A stretch of 54,223 nt of DNA from Candidatus Nomurabacteria bacterium (lineage in GTDB: Bacteria > Patescibacteriota > Minisyncoccia > Phycocordibacterales > UBA9973): NCBI GenBank assembly GCA_003155695.1, contig PMDZ01000008.1, forward strand, positions 105,362 to 159,584. Reading direction: 5' to 3'. The position numbers and the translations under genes were made by a program. The notes below the pieces were generated by a model. It had not been told where the DNA came from. It did not search any database and worked only from the letters and a program-made list of their open reading frames with translations. This document shows positions 9,622-18,777 of this stretch, one piece after another (position 1 is the first letter of the stretch; the number at the start of each line of letters is the position of its first letter).

Positions 9622-9650
9622 ATTGTATACAACCCTATCGGGTAAGTCAA
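9622..9650 (-). promoter_or_regulatory. Sigma70 promoter of the ncRNA candidate
   Basis: TTGACT (9650-9645), 17-nt spacer, TACAAT (9627-9622). Confidence 0.7.
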
Positions 9651-9700
9651 CCAAATACCATTGACGAGCAAGGTCAATATGTGTTGTAGAAACAAAAATT

Positions 9701-10147
9701 TTATTGCACGATATAACCATTCGCATCAACCAGAACCGCTGTATCGTCTCTTAAATTTCTATCTTCATTATTACTATCGTCCCCTAACATTGCCTCAATG
9801 AAGTAAAGTTTCTCTCCCGGCTTTACATTGTAAGTTTGTGTTTGATATTCCGGATTTTGAGAATTTAATGTAATCTGCATTGAACCGTCAGCTTGTGTAT
9901 TTTTCGTCACATTAAACCCGTTCAAAGCAGTTTGGGTGGCTACATCATAAGTCGGAGTTGAGATAAGAAAAGCATTCTGCGATAGCGGAGAACTTGAAAA
10001 CAGCACAGGGGCATTGCTATTCTGGCTTGTAGGAATCACAGAATTATTACCTAAATTATTTTGTTTCTTTGCCCCGGAGACAATTAACAACACTATTATA
10101 ATTAGGATAATGATTACGATAACAATTATTGTAGAATTTTTTTTCAT
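9701..10147 (-). CDS. Membrane-anchored hypothetical protein
   Basis: 148-aa ORF with an N-terminal TM helix and an Asn/Gln-rich extracellular part. Confidence 0.8.
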   Translation of the reverse strand: MKKNSTIIVIVIIILIIIVLLIVSGAKKQNNLGNNSVIPTSQNSNAPVLFSSSPLSQNAFLISTPTYDVATQTALNGFNVTKNTQADGSMQITLNSQNPEYQTQTYNVKPGEKLYFIEAMLGDDSNNEDRNLRDDTAVLVDANGYIVQ

Positions 10148-10245
10148 ATATGTGGTCTTATCTATTCGTTAAATTTATCGACCTCGATATGCTCACCATT
10201 CTATATTCTGAAGATGAATATAATATTAAAATATTTTATACTAAT

Positions 10246-10274
10246 TTGACTGGCATATCTCAGAATGGTAATAT
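10246..10274 (+). promoter_or_regulatory. Sigma70 promoter
   Basis: TTGACT-17-TAATAT with extended TG. Confidence 0.6.
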
Positions 10275-10298
10275 GAGCATATTCTTATAAATAATAAT

Positions 10299-11324
10299 AT
10301 GGATAAAAACAAAAATAAAAAAAGAATAACTATGAAAAAAAGTAGGTTCGGAGAATTCGGACTGATTATTGCCAACTCCCACACATCATTGGGATTGGAA
10401 GTAGCAAAAAAACTTGGAGTTACTTCGCTTGAAATTGAATCAAAACCTTTTCCAAATAATGAATTGGATGTCAGAAGATTAAGTGATATAAGCGGCAAGG
10501 ATATTTGTATCTTTAGCTCACTACACTCTCGCTATGATACCATTAAAGAATTGCGACTGATTTGCAATTCAGTCAAAGGGAGCGCAGCTAGAGTGTTTGG
10601 AGTATTTCCGTTTGTCAGAGATGGAAAATCCGATCATGTGAAGCGCTTTGGGGAAACCGTAGCATACAAAGACGTTGCGATGGAAATCTCAAGTTCCGGA
10701 TTGGAAGTAATTGCCATTTTCGATCAACATTCCAGCCAGCATCCAAGTTTCTATGACACGACACATTACCGGCTTCGTACTGTGCATCATGTTTACCTGA
10801 TGAGAATCCTCATTGAGTATGCAATAAAGCACAGCGGTGAGTTTGATAGTGTCTTGGCTCTTGATGATGGAGGATTCAAAAGGAACAAGAAGATTGCCGA
10901 GTTGCTTAACAAAGATGTTTCTTTCATTATTAAAGAAAGAGACGCTAGTACTAGAAAAATTAATATTGAAAAGTCAAAAATTATCGGAAATATCAAAGGA
11001 CAAAAAGTTGTTGCTTTTGATGACATGCTCCAAAATGGTGGAACCTTGGAGGCCGGTGCAAAGATAGCTAAATATAATGGTGCGAAGGAAATTAGCTTCT
11101 TCCTTGTTCACAACGATTTTTCGGATGAAACATTTAACCGTATAAATCCTTTGCTTGAAAACGGAACAATCGATAAGATATATATTCTTGAAACCATTCC
11201 ACTTCAAAATAAAGAGAAGTGGCACAAGAACCTAATCATAATCAGTCCGGCAGACTTTATCGCCGAAGTTATCAAACGCATTCATGAAGAAGGCCACATG
11301 CGTAATTTGTTTATCGAATTATAA
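10299..11324 (+). CDS. Divergent ribose-phosphate pyrophosphokinase (Prs) family protein
   Basis: FPNNE, DQHSSQ, DDGGFKR, PRT motif VVAFDDMLQNGGTL; start may be the later Met (MKKSRF). Confidence 0.8.
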   Translation: MDKNKNKKRITMKKSRFGEFGLIIANSHTSLGLEVAKKLGVTSLEIESKPFPNNELDVRRLSDISGKDICIFSSLHSRYDTIKELRLICNSVKGSAARVFGVFPFVRDGKSDHVKRFGETVAYKDVAMEISSSGLEVIAIFDQHSSQHPSFYDTTHYRLRTVHHVYLMRILIEYAIKHSGEFDSVLALDDGGFKRNKKIAELLNKDVSFIIKERDASTRKINIEKSKIIGNIKGQKVVAFDDMLQNGGTLEAGAKIAKYNGAKEISFFLVHNDFSDETFNRINPLLENGTIDKIYILETIPLQNKEKWHKNLIIISPADFIAEVIKRIHEEGHMRNLFIEL

Positions 11325-11353
11325 AGATGTTTATCGGCACCTCTATAAAAAGC

Positions 11354-11382
11354 TTGACAAATAAGTCATTATTGTTTATAAT
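11354..11382 (+). promoter_or_regulatory. Perfect-consensus sigma70 promoter
   Basis: TTGACA-17 nt-TATAAT. Confidence 0.85.
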
Positions 11383-11413
11383 GAGAAAAATTTAAAACTA
11401 AACATTAACGACT

Positions 11414-11830
11414 ATGACAGCTACAAATTATGAGAGAAAGCATCTCGCAATTTTTAAATTTCTTACTTCGGAAACTATTCCTGAGGTAGTTATTACAATC
11501 CCAGAGACAAAATATTGTCTTTTTCACACCGATAAGGGGATAGCTTATTTATACAACGTGCAAATTAAAAGTGACAAAAAAATATTAATTGTTCACTTTT
11601 GGCCGAATTATACGATATTACTGCATATCGTAAGCAAGGAATCATTGCACTGCATGAGCTATATTCTTCTCAAGGAAAAATTCTTGAATGATTCAGACTC
11701 AATAGCTTCAAAATCTGAATACGATTACACTCTTTCAAATCAAAGGGAATTCGAACTTTGGTTTCATGGCGAATTTCAAAATTGGCTGCCAAAGCCATGG
11801 AAAATGGTGGCAAGAATTGTCACAGTTTAA
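11414..11830 (+). CDS. Hypothetical protein
   Basis: 138-aa ORF between a consensus promoter and a terminator; no motif recognised. Confidence 0.7.
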   Translation: MTATNYERKHLAIFKFLTSETIPEVVITIPETKYCLFHTDKGIAYLYNVQIKSDKKILIVHFWPNYTILLHIVSKESLHCMSYILLKEKFLNDSDSIASKSEYDYTLSNQREFELWFHGEFQNWLPKPWKMVARIVTV

Positions 11831-11854
11831 TTAAAAGTACATTACACTTAACTT

Positions 11855-11893
11855 AAAAAAAGCCCGGTCTGCATCATTATGCGCCGGGTTTTA
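11855..11893. terminator. Bidirectional terminator
   Basis: A7-GCCCGG...CCGGGT-TTT between convergent genes. Confidence 0.7.
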
Positions 11894-11908
11894 TTATTTA
11901 TAAACACT

Positions 11909-13210
11909 TTATCTATTTTGCCACTCTTTATCCTGACGGCAGAGAAGCTTGTTTTTGAGCTCTTTGTGCTCCATGATGGCCTCCACAGCCCTTTCCAGAC
12001 GTATTCCCTGGGAACCCTTGATTAAGATTATATCCCCTTTTTCTACCATCCCTTCCAAGAATTTTGCCGTCGTTTTTGATGAATCAAAACTGTAAATATT
12101 TTTTTGCTGGAAACCTTTTTCAACTGCCCCTTCGGCGATAAATTTGGCTCTCGGCCCGACGACGACCAAAATATTTGCCACGCCAACTATTTTCTCTCCG
12201 ACAAGGTGATGCTCTTCTTCCGTATATTTTCCAAGTTCGAGCATATCTCCAAGAACAGCAATTTTTCTCTTCCCTTCCACATCTTTCAATACTTGAATTG
12301 CTGCATTCATAGCAATAGGCGATGAATTATATGTATCATCTATAATGACAGAATTGTTTATACCTTCAATAAAGGAAAGCCTCCCCGGCGGAGTGACATA
12401 ATCGCTCACCGCTTTTATTGATTCCAATAAATCACAACCAAGCTCGTGTGCGCAGGCAACAGCAGCAAGTGCTTGGCCGATATTATGCATCCCTAAAATG
12501 TTCGGCAACATCACCGGGAAAGTATTCCCTTCATATTCAAGTTTGAAATTAATTCCATCGGGGACTTTTATTCCATTGTGAGTTTTGTATAAGTAAGTAG
12601 GATACAAGGCATGATAGGTTGAGTTTTCATGAAATCCAAAAGATATGGTTTTGTGATTGAATTTCTGGTGAAGTGAGTAAACTTTTTCGTCGTCATGATT
12701 CAGTATTAGTATCCCATCTTTTCGGAGGGCGTGAACAAGAGCGGTTTTTTCTTCGATAATTTTTTCAACCGAGCCGAAGAATTCCACATGGACAGGCCTG
12801 TCTGGGAAAGAGGTAATAATTACGACATCGGGTTTAAGCCAAGGAAGAATATTATTCTTTATATCTCCCGGTTTACCGACTCCGACTTCAAGAATCAGAT
12901 ATTCCGGATATGGCCTTTTCCATAGGATTAAAGAAAATCCGTGTAATATATTCTCAAACCAGACGAAAGGATCATTCCAACCATTTGGTGAACCCAAGAT
13001 TGTCAGCGGTAAGCCTATTTCACTGTTAAAACTTTTTTCGCTTTTGCGGACGGTTTTAAATTTTGACAGCACGGTGAAAATTGCATCTTTTGTTGAAGTT
13101 TTGCCGACAGACCCGGTAATTGCAATAATCTTCGGGTGATATCTGGCAAGAATCAGCTTTGATTGCCAGGTTATTATTAGAACTATAATTTTTTTAAAAG
13201 CATTTTTCAT
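11909..13210 (-). CDS. murF: UDP-N-acetylmuramoyl-tripeptide--D-alanyl-D-alanine ligase
   Basis: ITGSVGKTSTK, SFNSEIGLPLT, IDDTYNSSP, LGDMLELG, KGSQG. Confidence 0.93.
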   Translation of the reverse strand: MKNAFKKIIVLIITWQSKLILARYHPKIIAITGSVGKTSTKDAIFTVLSKFKTVRKSEKSFNSEIGLPLTILGSPNGWNDPFVWFENILHGFSLILWKRPYPEYLILEVGVGKPGDIKNNILPWLKPDVVIITSFPDRPVHVEFFGSVEKIIEEKTALVHALRKDGILILNHDDEKVYSLHQKFNHKTISFGFHENSTYHALYPTYLYKTHNGIKVPDGINFKLEYEGNTFPVMLPNILGMHNIGQALAAVACAHELGCDLLESIKAVSDYVTPPGRLSFIEGINNSVIIDDTYNSSPIAMNAAIQVLKDVEGKRKIAVLGDMLELGKYTEEEHHLVGEKIVGVANILVVVGPRAKFIAEGAVEKGFQQKNIYSFDSSKTTAKFLEGMVEKGDIILIKGSQGIRLERAVEAIMEHKELKNKLLCRQDKEWQNR

Positions 13211-13219
13211 TTCTATATT

Positions 13220-14929
13220 TTATCTATCGGGTGGAACATTATAATAATTTATAATGAATTTGGTTAAATCCATAAATGGTGGAATTAATGTCTGTGATGC
13301 ATATTTAACTCCTTTTGGGTCTTTTAGAAAAAGAAACATCAAAAACTTCGGGTTATATGCCGGAAAGTAACCGAAGAAAGAATGCATATTACGGTCTGTA
13401 TAATATCCTTTTCCGTCTTCTCGAGCCACTTGTGCAGTTCCGGTTTTCGTGGCAATACTAATGTTGCTGATTTTATGTATGCCACCGTCATAAGACTCAA
13501 ACACATGGATTAGCATTTGGGTAACTGTATCTGTTGTCTCTTTTTTCAAGATATTTTCTTCTGTGATTGGGTAATCAATTGTCTTCGATAGACCATTATC
13601 ATATTTTATTTCTTTGACTAAATGCGGAGTGACTAATTTCCCTCCATTAGCAATAATTGAAAGTGACCTAGCTGCTTCGAGCGGTGTAAGAGCAATACCT
13701 TGGCCGAAAGATGCGTTGGCATATTCGATATTTCGTGGGCTATCAAGATTCTTTATCAGACCGGAAGTTTCATTGGGAAGATCAATCCCCGTCTTCTCTC
13801 CGATGCCATACGATTTCATGTATGAACGGAATTTATCGTGACCGAGTTTATTTTCGACGAAGACCATTCCGGTATTGAGAGATTGGTCGAGAACTTCCTG
13901 CATTGTTGCAACTCCACGCCCCTTTTTGTCGAAATTATATATTGTCTTTTTGTCCACAACCACAAATCCATTATTATCGGTATATGTAGTTTCCGGGGTC
14001 ACTACACCCGCATTTATCGCACCAGCCATAACCAAAGGTTTTATGACAGACCCGAATTCATAAACATTTTCAATAAGAGGATTACGGTAAACACCAACAT
14101 CGGATACACTTCCAAAATTATTCAAATCAAAATCCGGCAACCCGGCCATGGCATATATCTCACCAGTTTGTGGATTCATAATTATTCCACCGGCTTGATC
14201 ACCTTTCCATTTGTCCATCGTGGCAGATAATTCCTGCTCTAAAGTATATTGAACAACTGGTTCTATTGTCGTTATAATATCTCCCTGACTAGTATCGGAA
14301 ATTGTATTTTTTATGTTTGAAAAAACTTCGGCGAAAAAATTCACATAAGCTTCATCTTTAGGTTTGGAAAGAGTTTCATTGTAGTATCGCTCCAGTCCAT
14401 ATTGCCCCTCCAAAGAATCTCCTTTATAAGCCAAGAAACCAAGAACATGCGAAGCAAGACTTCCTCCGGGATAGAATCGCCAATTATCTTTAAAAATAGA
14501 AAGACCTTTTATATTAAAGTTTTCTATTTCGTTCACTTGCTCCTTCGTCAACTTCGTAGCGATTTCTTCATAAGGATCATCAGTCTTATCAATTTTTGCC
14601 AAAAAAGTTCCCTTGTCCATTTTCATAAATGGAGCAAGTTTTGTATAAGCATTTTCAGGATCTGCAATATCCTTCGGAACCATTGCAACTTTAAAACCGG
14701 AAGTTACAGTCCCGGCCGTCACAAGTGACCCGTCATTTTTTGAGAAAAAAATCGAGCCACGATTGAATATATCACTTGCCGGTGTTATATATTGTTTATC
14801 TGCACGGTCCGTGTATAAATTTGAATGAATAATTTGAACAAAAAAAAGTCTACCCAAAATGATGACAGCTACGAGAAAAACACAAACTATTATGAATCTT
14901 ATTCGAAAGTGGAACGATGATAATTTCAT
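13220..14929 (-). CDS. ftsI: Class B penicillin-binding protein (FtsI/PBP3-like)
   Basis: YEFGSVIK (SxxK), SLN (SxN), KTGTAQ; dcw position after ftsL. Confidence 0.88.
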   Translation of the reverse strand: MKLSSFHFRIRFIIVCVFLVAVIILGRLFFVQIIHSNLYTDRADKQYITPASDIFNRGSIFFSKNDGSLVTAGTVTSGFKVAMVPKDIADPENAYTKLAPFMKMDKGTFLAKIDKTDDPYEEIATKLTKEQVNEIENFNIKGLSIFKDNWRFYPGGSLASHVLGFLAYKGDSLEGQYGLERYYNETLSKPKDEAYVNFFAEVFSNIKNTISDTSQGDIITTIEPVVQYTLEQELSATMDKWKGDQAGGIIMNPQTGEIYAMAGLPDFDLNNFGSVSDVGVYRNPLIENVYEFGSVIKPLVMAGAINAGVVTPETTYTDNNGFVVVDKKTIYNFDKKGRGVATMQEVLDQSLNTGMVFVENKLGHDKFRSYMKSYGIGEKTGIDLPNETSGLIKNLDSPRNIEYANASFGQGIALTPLEAARSLSIIANGGKLVTPHLVKEIKYDNGLSKTIDYPITEENILKKETTDTVTQMLIHVFESYDGGIHKISNISIATKTGTAQVAREDGKGYYTDRNMHSFFGYFPAYNPKFLMFLFLKDPKGVKYASQTLIPPFMDLTKFIINYYNVPPDR

Positions 14930-15252
14930 TAGCGAATAGCGACATGGTTAACATCACGTGAAGCAAAAATATTCTGCGAAACATCCACAAAACCTTTGGA
15001 AAGTGCATAATTTTTATCTGTTTTGTTTACATTATTCAAATAAGTTATTTCAAGCTGGTTTACTTTCGCAGTAAGTGTCTTTTCCGTAGTTTCCAGAGAC
15101 TTGCGAGCAATTATATTAAAAGTAATGGAACCTATTAAATACATATACAATGCGCATAATACCGCCGAACAGATAATCAAAACACGGAATATAACCTTCT
15201 GTGTATTCATATTTTCTCTTATATCAATTGTTATTTCTTTTGCTCTGGTCAT
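14929..15252 (-). CDS. FtsL-like cell division protein
   Basis: TM helix plus coiled coil, located between rsmH and ftsI. Confidence 0.65.
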   Translation of the reverse strand: MTRAKEITIDIRENMNTQKVIFRVLIICSAVLCALYMYLIGSITFNIIARKSLETTEKTLTAKVNQLEITYLNNVNKTDKNYALSKGFVDVSQNIFASRDVNHVAIR

Positions 15253-16145
15253 ATATTTTTTTCTATTATTCTTAATTTGGAACTTCTTGAACGTGGGTTT
15301 GACTTTACTTCATCAACGCTAGGTATTATTGGCTTTTTTGTGATAATGTTTCCGAAACCTTTAAGTTTTAAATTTATGAATGCTTTCTTCACTATCCTGT
15401 CCTCTAAACTGTGAAATGATATTATGACCATTCGCCCACCAACTTTTAATCGATTGAAACCTTTCTCTATAACTTGCTCGAGATTTGAAAGCTCGCTGTT
15501 GGTCGCTATTCGCAGTGCCTGGAAAGTTCGAGTTGCCGAGTGAATTCGGAGTCCTCTATAGTTCTTCCCTACCGCTTCCTCAACAATCTTCACTAAATCA
15601 AATGTCGTTTTTATCTTTTTCTCCAATCTTCCCTCGACTATTGCTTTTGCAATTTTCCTTGAATATTTTTCTTCTCCGAAACCGTAAATGATGTCCGCCA
15701 ATGTTTCTTCACTCCAAGTATTCACAATAAGTGAGGCAGTCAGGTCATCCTTGCTTGGATTTTTCTTCATCGTCATTAGAAGTGGCTCATCTTTTTGAAA
15801 TGAGAATCCCCTACCAGCTTCTTCCAATTGAAAAGAACTAATTCCAAGGTCAAGCAAAATCTTATCTACACTTACAATTCCCAACTCATCTAATACTTTA
15901 TCCATATCTTGAAATCCAACCGTTTTAAAAATCACATCTGACTCCATTTTTCCAATTAATTTTTTTGCTCGAACAATTGCATCTTCATCCAAATCAAGAC
16001 AGATTATTCTGACACTAGGGCCAAAACGTTTAATGATTTCAAACGTATGTCCCCCACCACCAAGCGTTCCGTCTACAATCGTGTCTCCTTTTTTTATAGA
16101 AAGACCATTTATGGATTCATCTTTTAGAACCGGAATATGTGCCAT
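15249..16145 (-). CDS. rsmH: 16S rRNA (cytosine1402-N4)-methyltransferase
   Basis: HIPVL, DGTLGGGGH, DLGISS, TRTFQALRI, SFHSLEDRIVK. Confidence 0.96.
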   Translation of the reverse strand: MAHIPVLKDESINGLSIKKGDTIVDGTLGGGGHTFEIIKRFGPSVRIICLDLDEDAIVRAKKLIGKMESDVIFKTVGFQDMDKVLDELGIVSVDKILLDLGISSFQLEEAGRGFSFQKDEPLLMTMKKNPSKDDLTASLIVNTWSEETLADIIYGFGEEKYSRKIAKAIVEGRLEKKIKTTFDLVKIVEEAVGKNYRGLRIHSATRTFQALRIATNSELSNLEQVIEKGFNRLKVGGRMVIISFHSLEDRIVKKAFINLKLKGFGNIITKKPIIPSVDEVKSNPRSRSSKLRIIEKNI

Positions 16146-16146
16146 A

Positions 16147-16581
16147 TTAAAGAACTCCTATCTGCCCCAATTTATCCGCCAGGGCGTCTGCCTGTTTTTC
16201 AACAACTTGCTTGTAATCATTCCAAGCTTTCTCATTCCAGATTTCCGCGCGGTTCTGCACTCCAATAACCACTACTTTATTTGTGAGACCTGAACGAATT
16301 TTTAAATTTTCCGGGATTAATATTCGACCGTTGCTGTCAACATCGGCGATGACAGCTTGACCAAACATAAATCTCGAGAAACTTCTATTGTCGGAAGCAA
16401 GCATTGATGAATCGGATAATTTATCGGATACTTTTTGCCACTCCTTGGTGGTAAAAATTGAAAGACAATTATCTAATCCCGGAGCAACGACAACACTCTT
16501 GCCCATCTCCTTTCGGAATTTTACGGGTAATGACATTCTGTTTTTATCATCCAATGTGTGTGTATATTCTCCGATTAACAT
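16147..16581 (-). CDS. mraZ: Transcriptional regulator MraZ
   Basis: GEYTHTLDDKNR, DSNGRILIP, AEIW. Confidence 0.96.
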   Translation of the reverse strand: MLIGEYTHTLDDKNRMSLPVKFRKEMGKSVVVAPGLDNCLSIFTTKEWQKVSDKLSDSSMLASDNRSFSRFMFGQAVIADVDSNGRILIPENLKIRSGLTNKVVVIGVQNRAEIWNEKAWNDYKQVVEKQADALADKLGQIGVL

Positions 16582-16623
16582 AAAATTTTGTGAGGTAAAA
16601 TTAATTATTTGGAAATGTTTTAG

Positions 16624-16689
16624 CCCACTTCATCCCACTTGGTTTTATTATAAACCACTTCATCCCACAATACAAACACCTTTTCCCAC
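16624..16689 (-). promoter_or_regulatory. MraZ-binding GTGGG repeats overlapping the mraZ promoter
   Basis: GTGG(G) at 16624, 16634, 16655, 16664 and 16685, phased at multiples of about 10 bp; TATAAT at 16652-16647. Confidence 0.8.
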
Positions 16690-16695
16690 TCTAAC

Positions 16696-16704
16696 TGTGG
16701 ATAA
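16696..16704 (-). promoter_or_regulatory. DnaA box
   Basis: Exact TTATCCACA, intergenic, upstream of mraZ. Confidence 0.6.
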
Positions 16705-16757
16705 CTATCGAAGAAAAAACCCATATTTTACAATGGGTTGTTAGTATTCTTTATTTT

Positions 16758-18245
16758 TTATTCTCTTGGATGCATTATTGGGAAGAAGATTACGTCGCGC
16801 AGATTTTTTTGTTCGGTTAGAATCGCTACTAGTCTATCGATGCCCATACCAAAACCAGTCATTGGTGGCATACCATGTTCCATGGCTGTCAGGAACTCTT
16901 CGTCTATTTGCATGGCTTCTTCGTCGCCACCTTCTTTTGCATTTGATTGGGCGACCAAAAGTTCTCGTTGTTTTACTGGATTCACAAGCTCGGCATATTG
17001 GTTGGTAATTTCCGAACCGGCAATGACAAGCTGAGCAACCGAAGCCGTGCCATCATCATTCTGTTGAGCCAGCGGTTTCAAGTCTCCCGGGAAATCCGTA
17101 ACAAAAGTCGGATTGATAATTTTGAGACGCGAAGATTTCTTATAGATATGGTCAAGCAAATTACCTCGCCCAACTTTCTCGGCTTCCTCTTTTTTCATCC
17201 CCAATTTAACTGCTTCTTTGCGCGCCTCTTCCAGTGTAATAGTGGCAATATCAATTCCAGCATTTTCCTTCATCAAATCAGTAAATCGAACCCGCGACCA
17301 TTTGCCTTCGAAATTTACTTCGACACTATTGCCATCTTTATCGTAAACGGTGAAAATATTTTTCCCAATAACATTTGCCGCAATTGATTTTATCAATTCT
17401 TCCGTCCACTCTATATTTGTCTCTAATGTCTGATAAGCGGCATACCATTCAATCATAGTGAACTCTTGAGCGTGGGTCGGGTCGGAACCTTCATTACGGA
17501 AACATTTACCGATTTCATAAACCCTTTCGTATCCGCCAACCATTAACTTTTTGTGGTCCAATTCCAAAGCGATGCGGAGAACCATATCCATATCATAATC
17601 GTTGTGATGAGTCTCGAAAACTTTCGCCATTGCTCCACCTGCTTGATTCTGTAGAATCGGCGTTTCAATTTCAAGGAAATCTTTTTTATTGAAAAATTCC
17701 CGAATATCACTGATGATTTTTGACCTTGTGATAAAGCGGTTATAAACTTCCTTATCCAAGAGAATATCGAGGTAACGTTTGCGGTATGTCTCTTCCACAT
17801 CTTGCAGACCGTGCCATTTGTCGGGAAGTGGCAAGAGAGCTTTGGTTGTCATACACCAATCTTTTATTAAAATGCTTTGCTCTCCTCTTTGAGTAGTGAA
17901 AAGCGAACCAGTGACGGAAATAAAGTCACCATTGTCCACTGTCGAGACAAATAAATTAAATAATTCTTCTTTCAGCTCATCTTTTTTCAAAACTGCCTGG
18001 AATCGCTCTGTCCCGGCTTGTAGTACAACAAAAAGAATCGCTCCTTGTCCGCGAACAATCATCACTCGGCCAACAGTGGAAATATAGTTCTTCTCCGAAT
18101 CTTTTTCCAACTCGGCAAATTTATTTTTAATTTCGGGAATCGTATAGTCGCAAGAAATAGACGGAGGATACGGATTCATCCCCGCTTCTTTTAGCAATTT
18201 TATCTTCTTGATTCGCGCATCGCGCAATTCTTCTATTGAGGCCAT
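16758..18245 (-). CDS. lysS: Lysine--tRNA ligase (class II)
   Basis: YRKRYLD, EIETPIL, YEIGKCFRNEG, GMPPMTGFGMGIDRL; start at 18245 follows a TACAAT box. Confidence 0.96.
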   Translation of the reverse strand: MASIEELRDARIKKIKLLKEAGMNPYPPSISCDYTIPEIKNKFAELEKDSEKNYISTVGRVMIVRGQGAILFVVLQAGTERFQAVLKKDELKEELFNLFVSTVDNGDFISVTGSLFTTQRGEQSILIKDWCMTTKALLPLPDKWHGLQDVEETYRKRYLDILLDKEVYNRFITRSKIISDIREFFNKKDFLEIETPILQNQAGGAMAKVFETHHNDYDMDMVLRIALELDHKKLMVGGYERVYEIGKCFRNEGSDPTHAQEFTMIEWYAAYQTLETNIEWTEELIKSIAANVIGKNIFTVYDKDGNSVEVNFEGKWSRVRFTDLMKENAGIDIATITLEEARKEAVKLGMKKEEAEKVGRGNLLDHIYKKSSRLKIINPTFVTDFPGDLKPLAQQNDDGTASVAQLVIAGSEITNQYAELVNPVKQRELLVAQSNAKEGGDEEAMQIDEEFLTAMEHGMPPMTGFGMGIDRLVAILTEQKNLRDVIFFPIMHPRE

Positions 18246-18249
18246 AACC

Positions 18250-18714
18250 CTATTGTATATCAACTAGGGTGTATTTGACCAGTCCCTTGGGGGTTTTAAT
18301 GGAGACAGCGTCCCCTTTTGACTTGCCGAATAGGGCTTCGCCAAGCGGAGACTTGTTTGAAATTTTATTATTTACCATATCGGCTTCTTCGGCGCCAACA
18401 ATGCTATAAGTTACGGTGTCATTTGCATTTTCTTTTTTTACCTTGACGGTCGTTCCAATCTCAACACAGACGCTGGAATGTTTCTTGACAACCACGGCAG
18501 ATTTCAACATGTGGTCTATTTGCATTATACGGTCCTCGGTTTTACCTTGGTCTTCGCGTGCCTGATGATATTCGGCATTCTCGGAAAGATCACCCAAAGC
18601 TCGAGCAGCTTCCAAAGCTTCAAGAATTTCGCGGCGTTTTGTCACTTTCAAATAATTTAGCTCATCTTCCAAAGCTTTCTTTTTCTCTTCGGTTATATAA
18701 TTTATTTCTTCCAT
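18250..18714 (-). CDS. greA: Transcription elongation factor GreA
   Basis: GDLSENAEY, ISNKSPLG. Confidence 0.96.
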   Translation of the reverse strand: MEEINYITEEKKKALEDELNYLKVTKRREILEALEAARALGDLSENAEYHQAREDQGKTEDRIMQIDHMLKSAVVVKKHSSVCVEIGTTVKVKKENANDTVTYSIVGAEEADMVNNKISNKSPLGEALFGKSKGDAVSIKTPKGLVKYTLVDIQ

Positions 18715-18777
18715 GACTGTTTATACTACCTTTTTTTCATTAAAAAGTCAAAGGAAATCTGTAATGAAAGACTGTAA

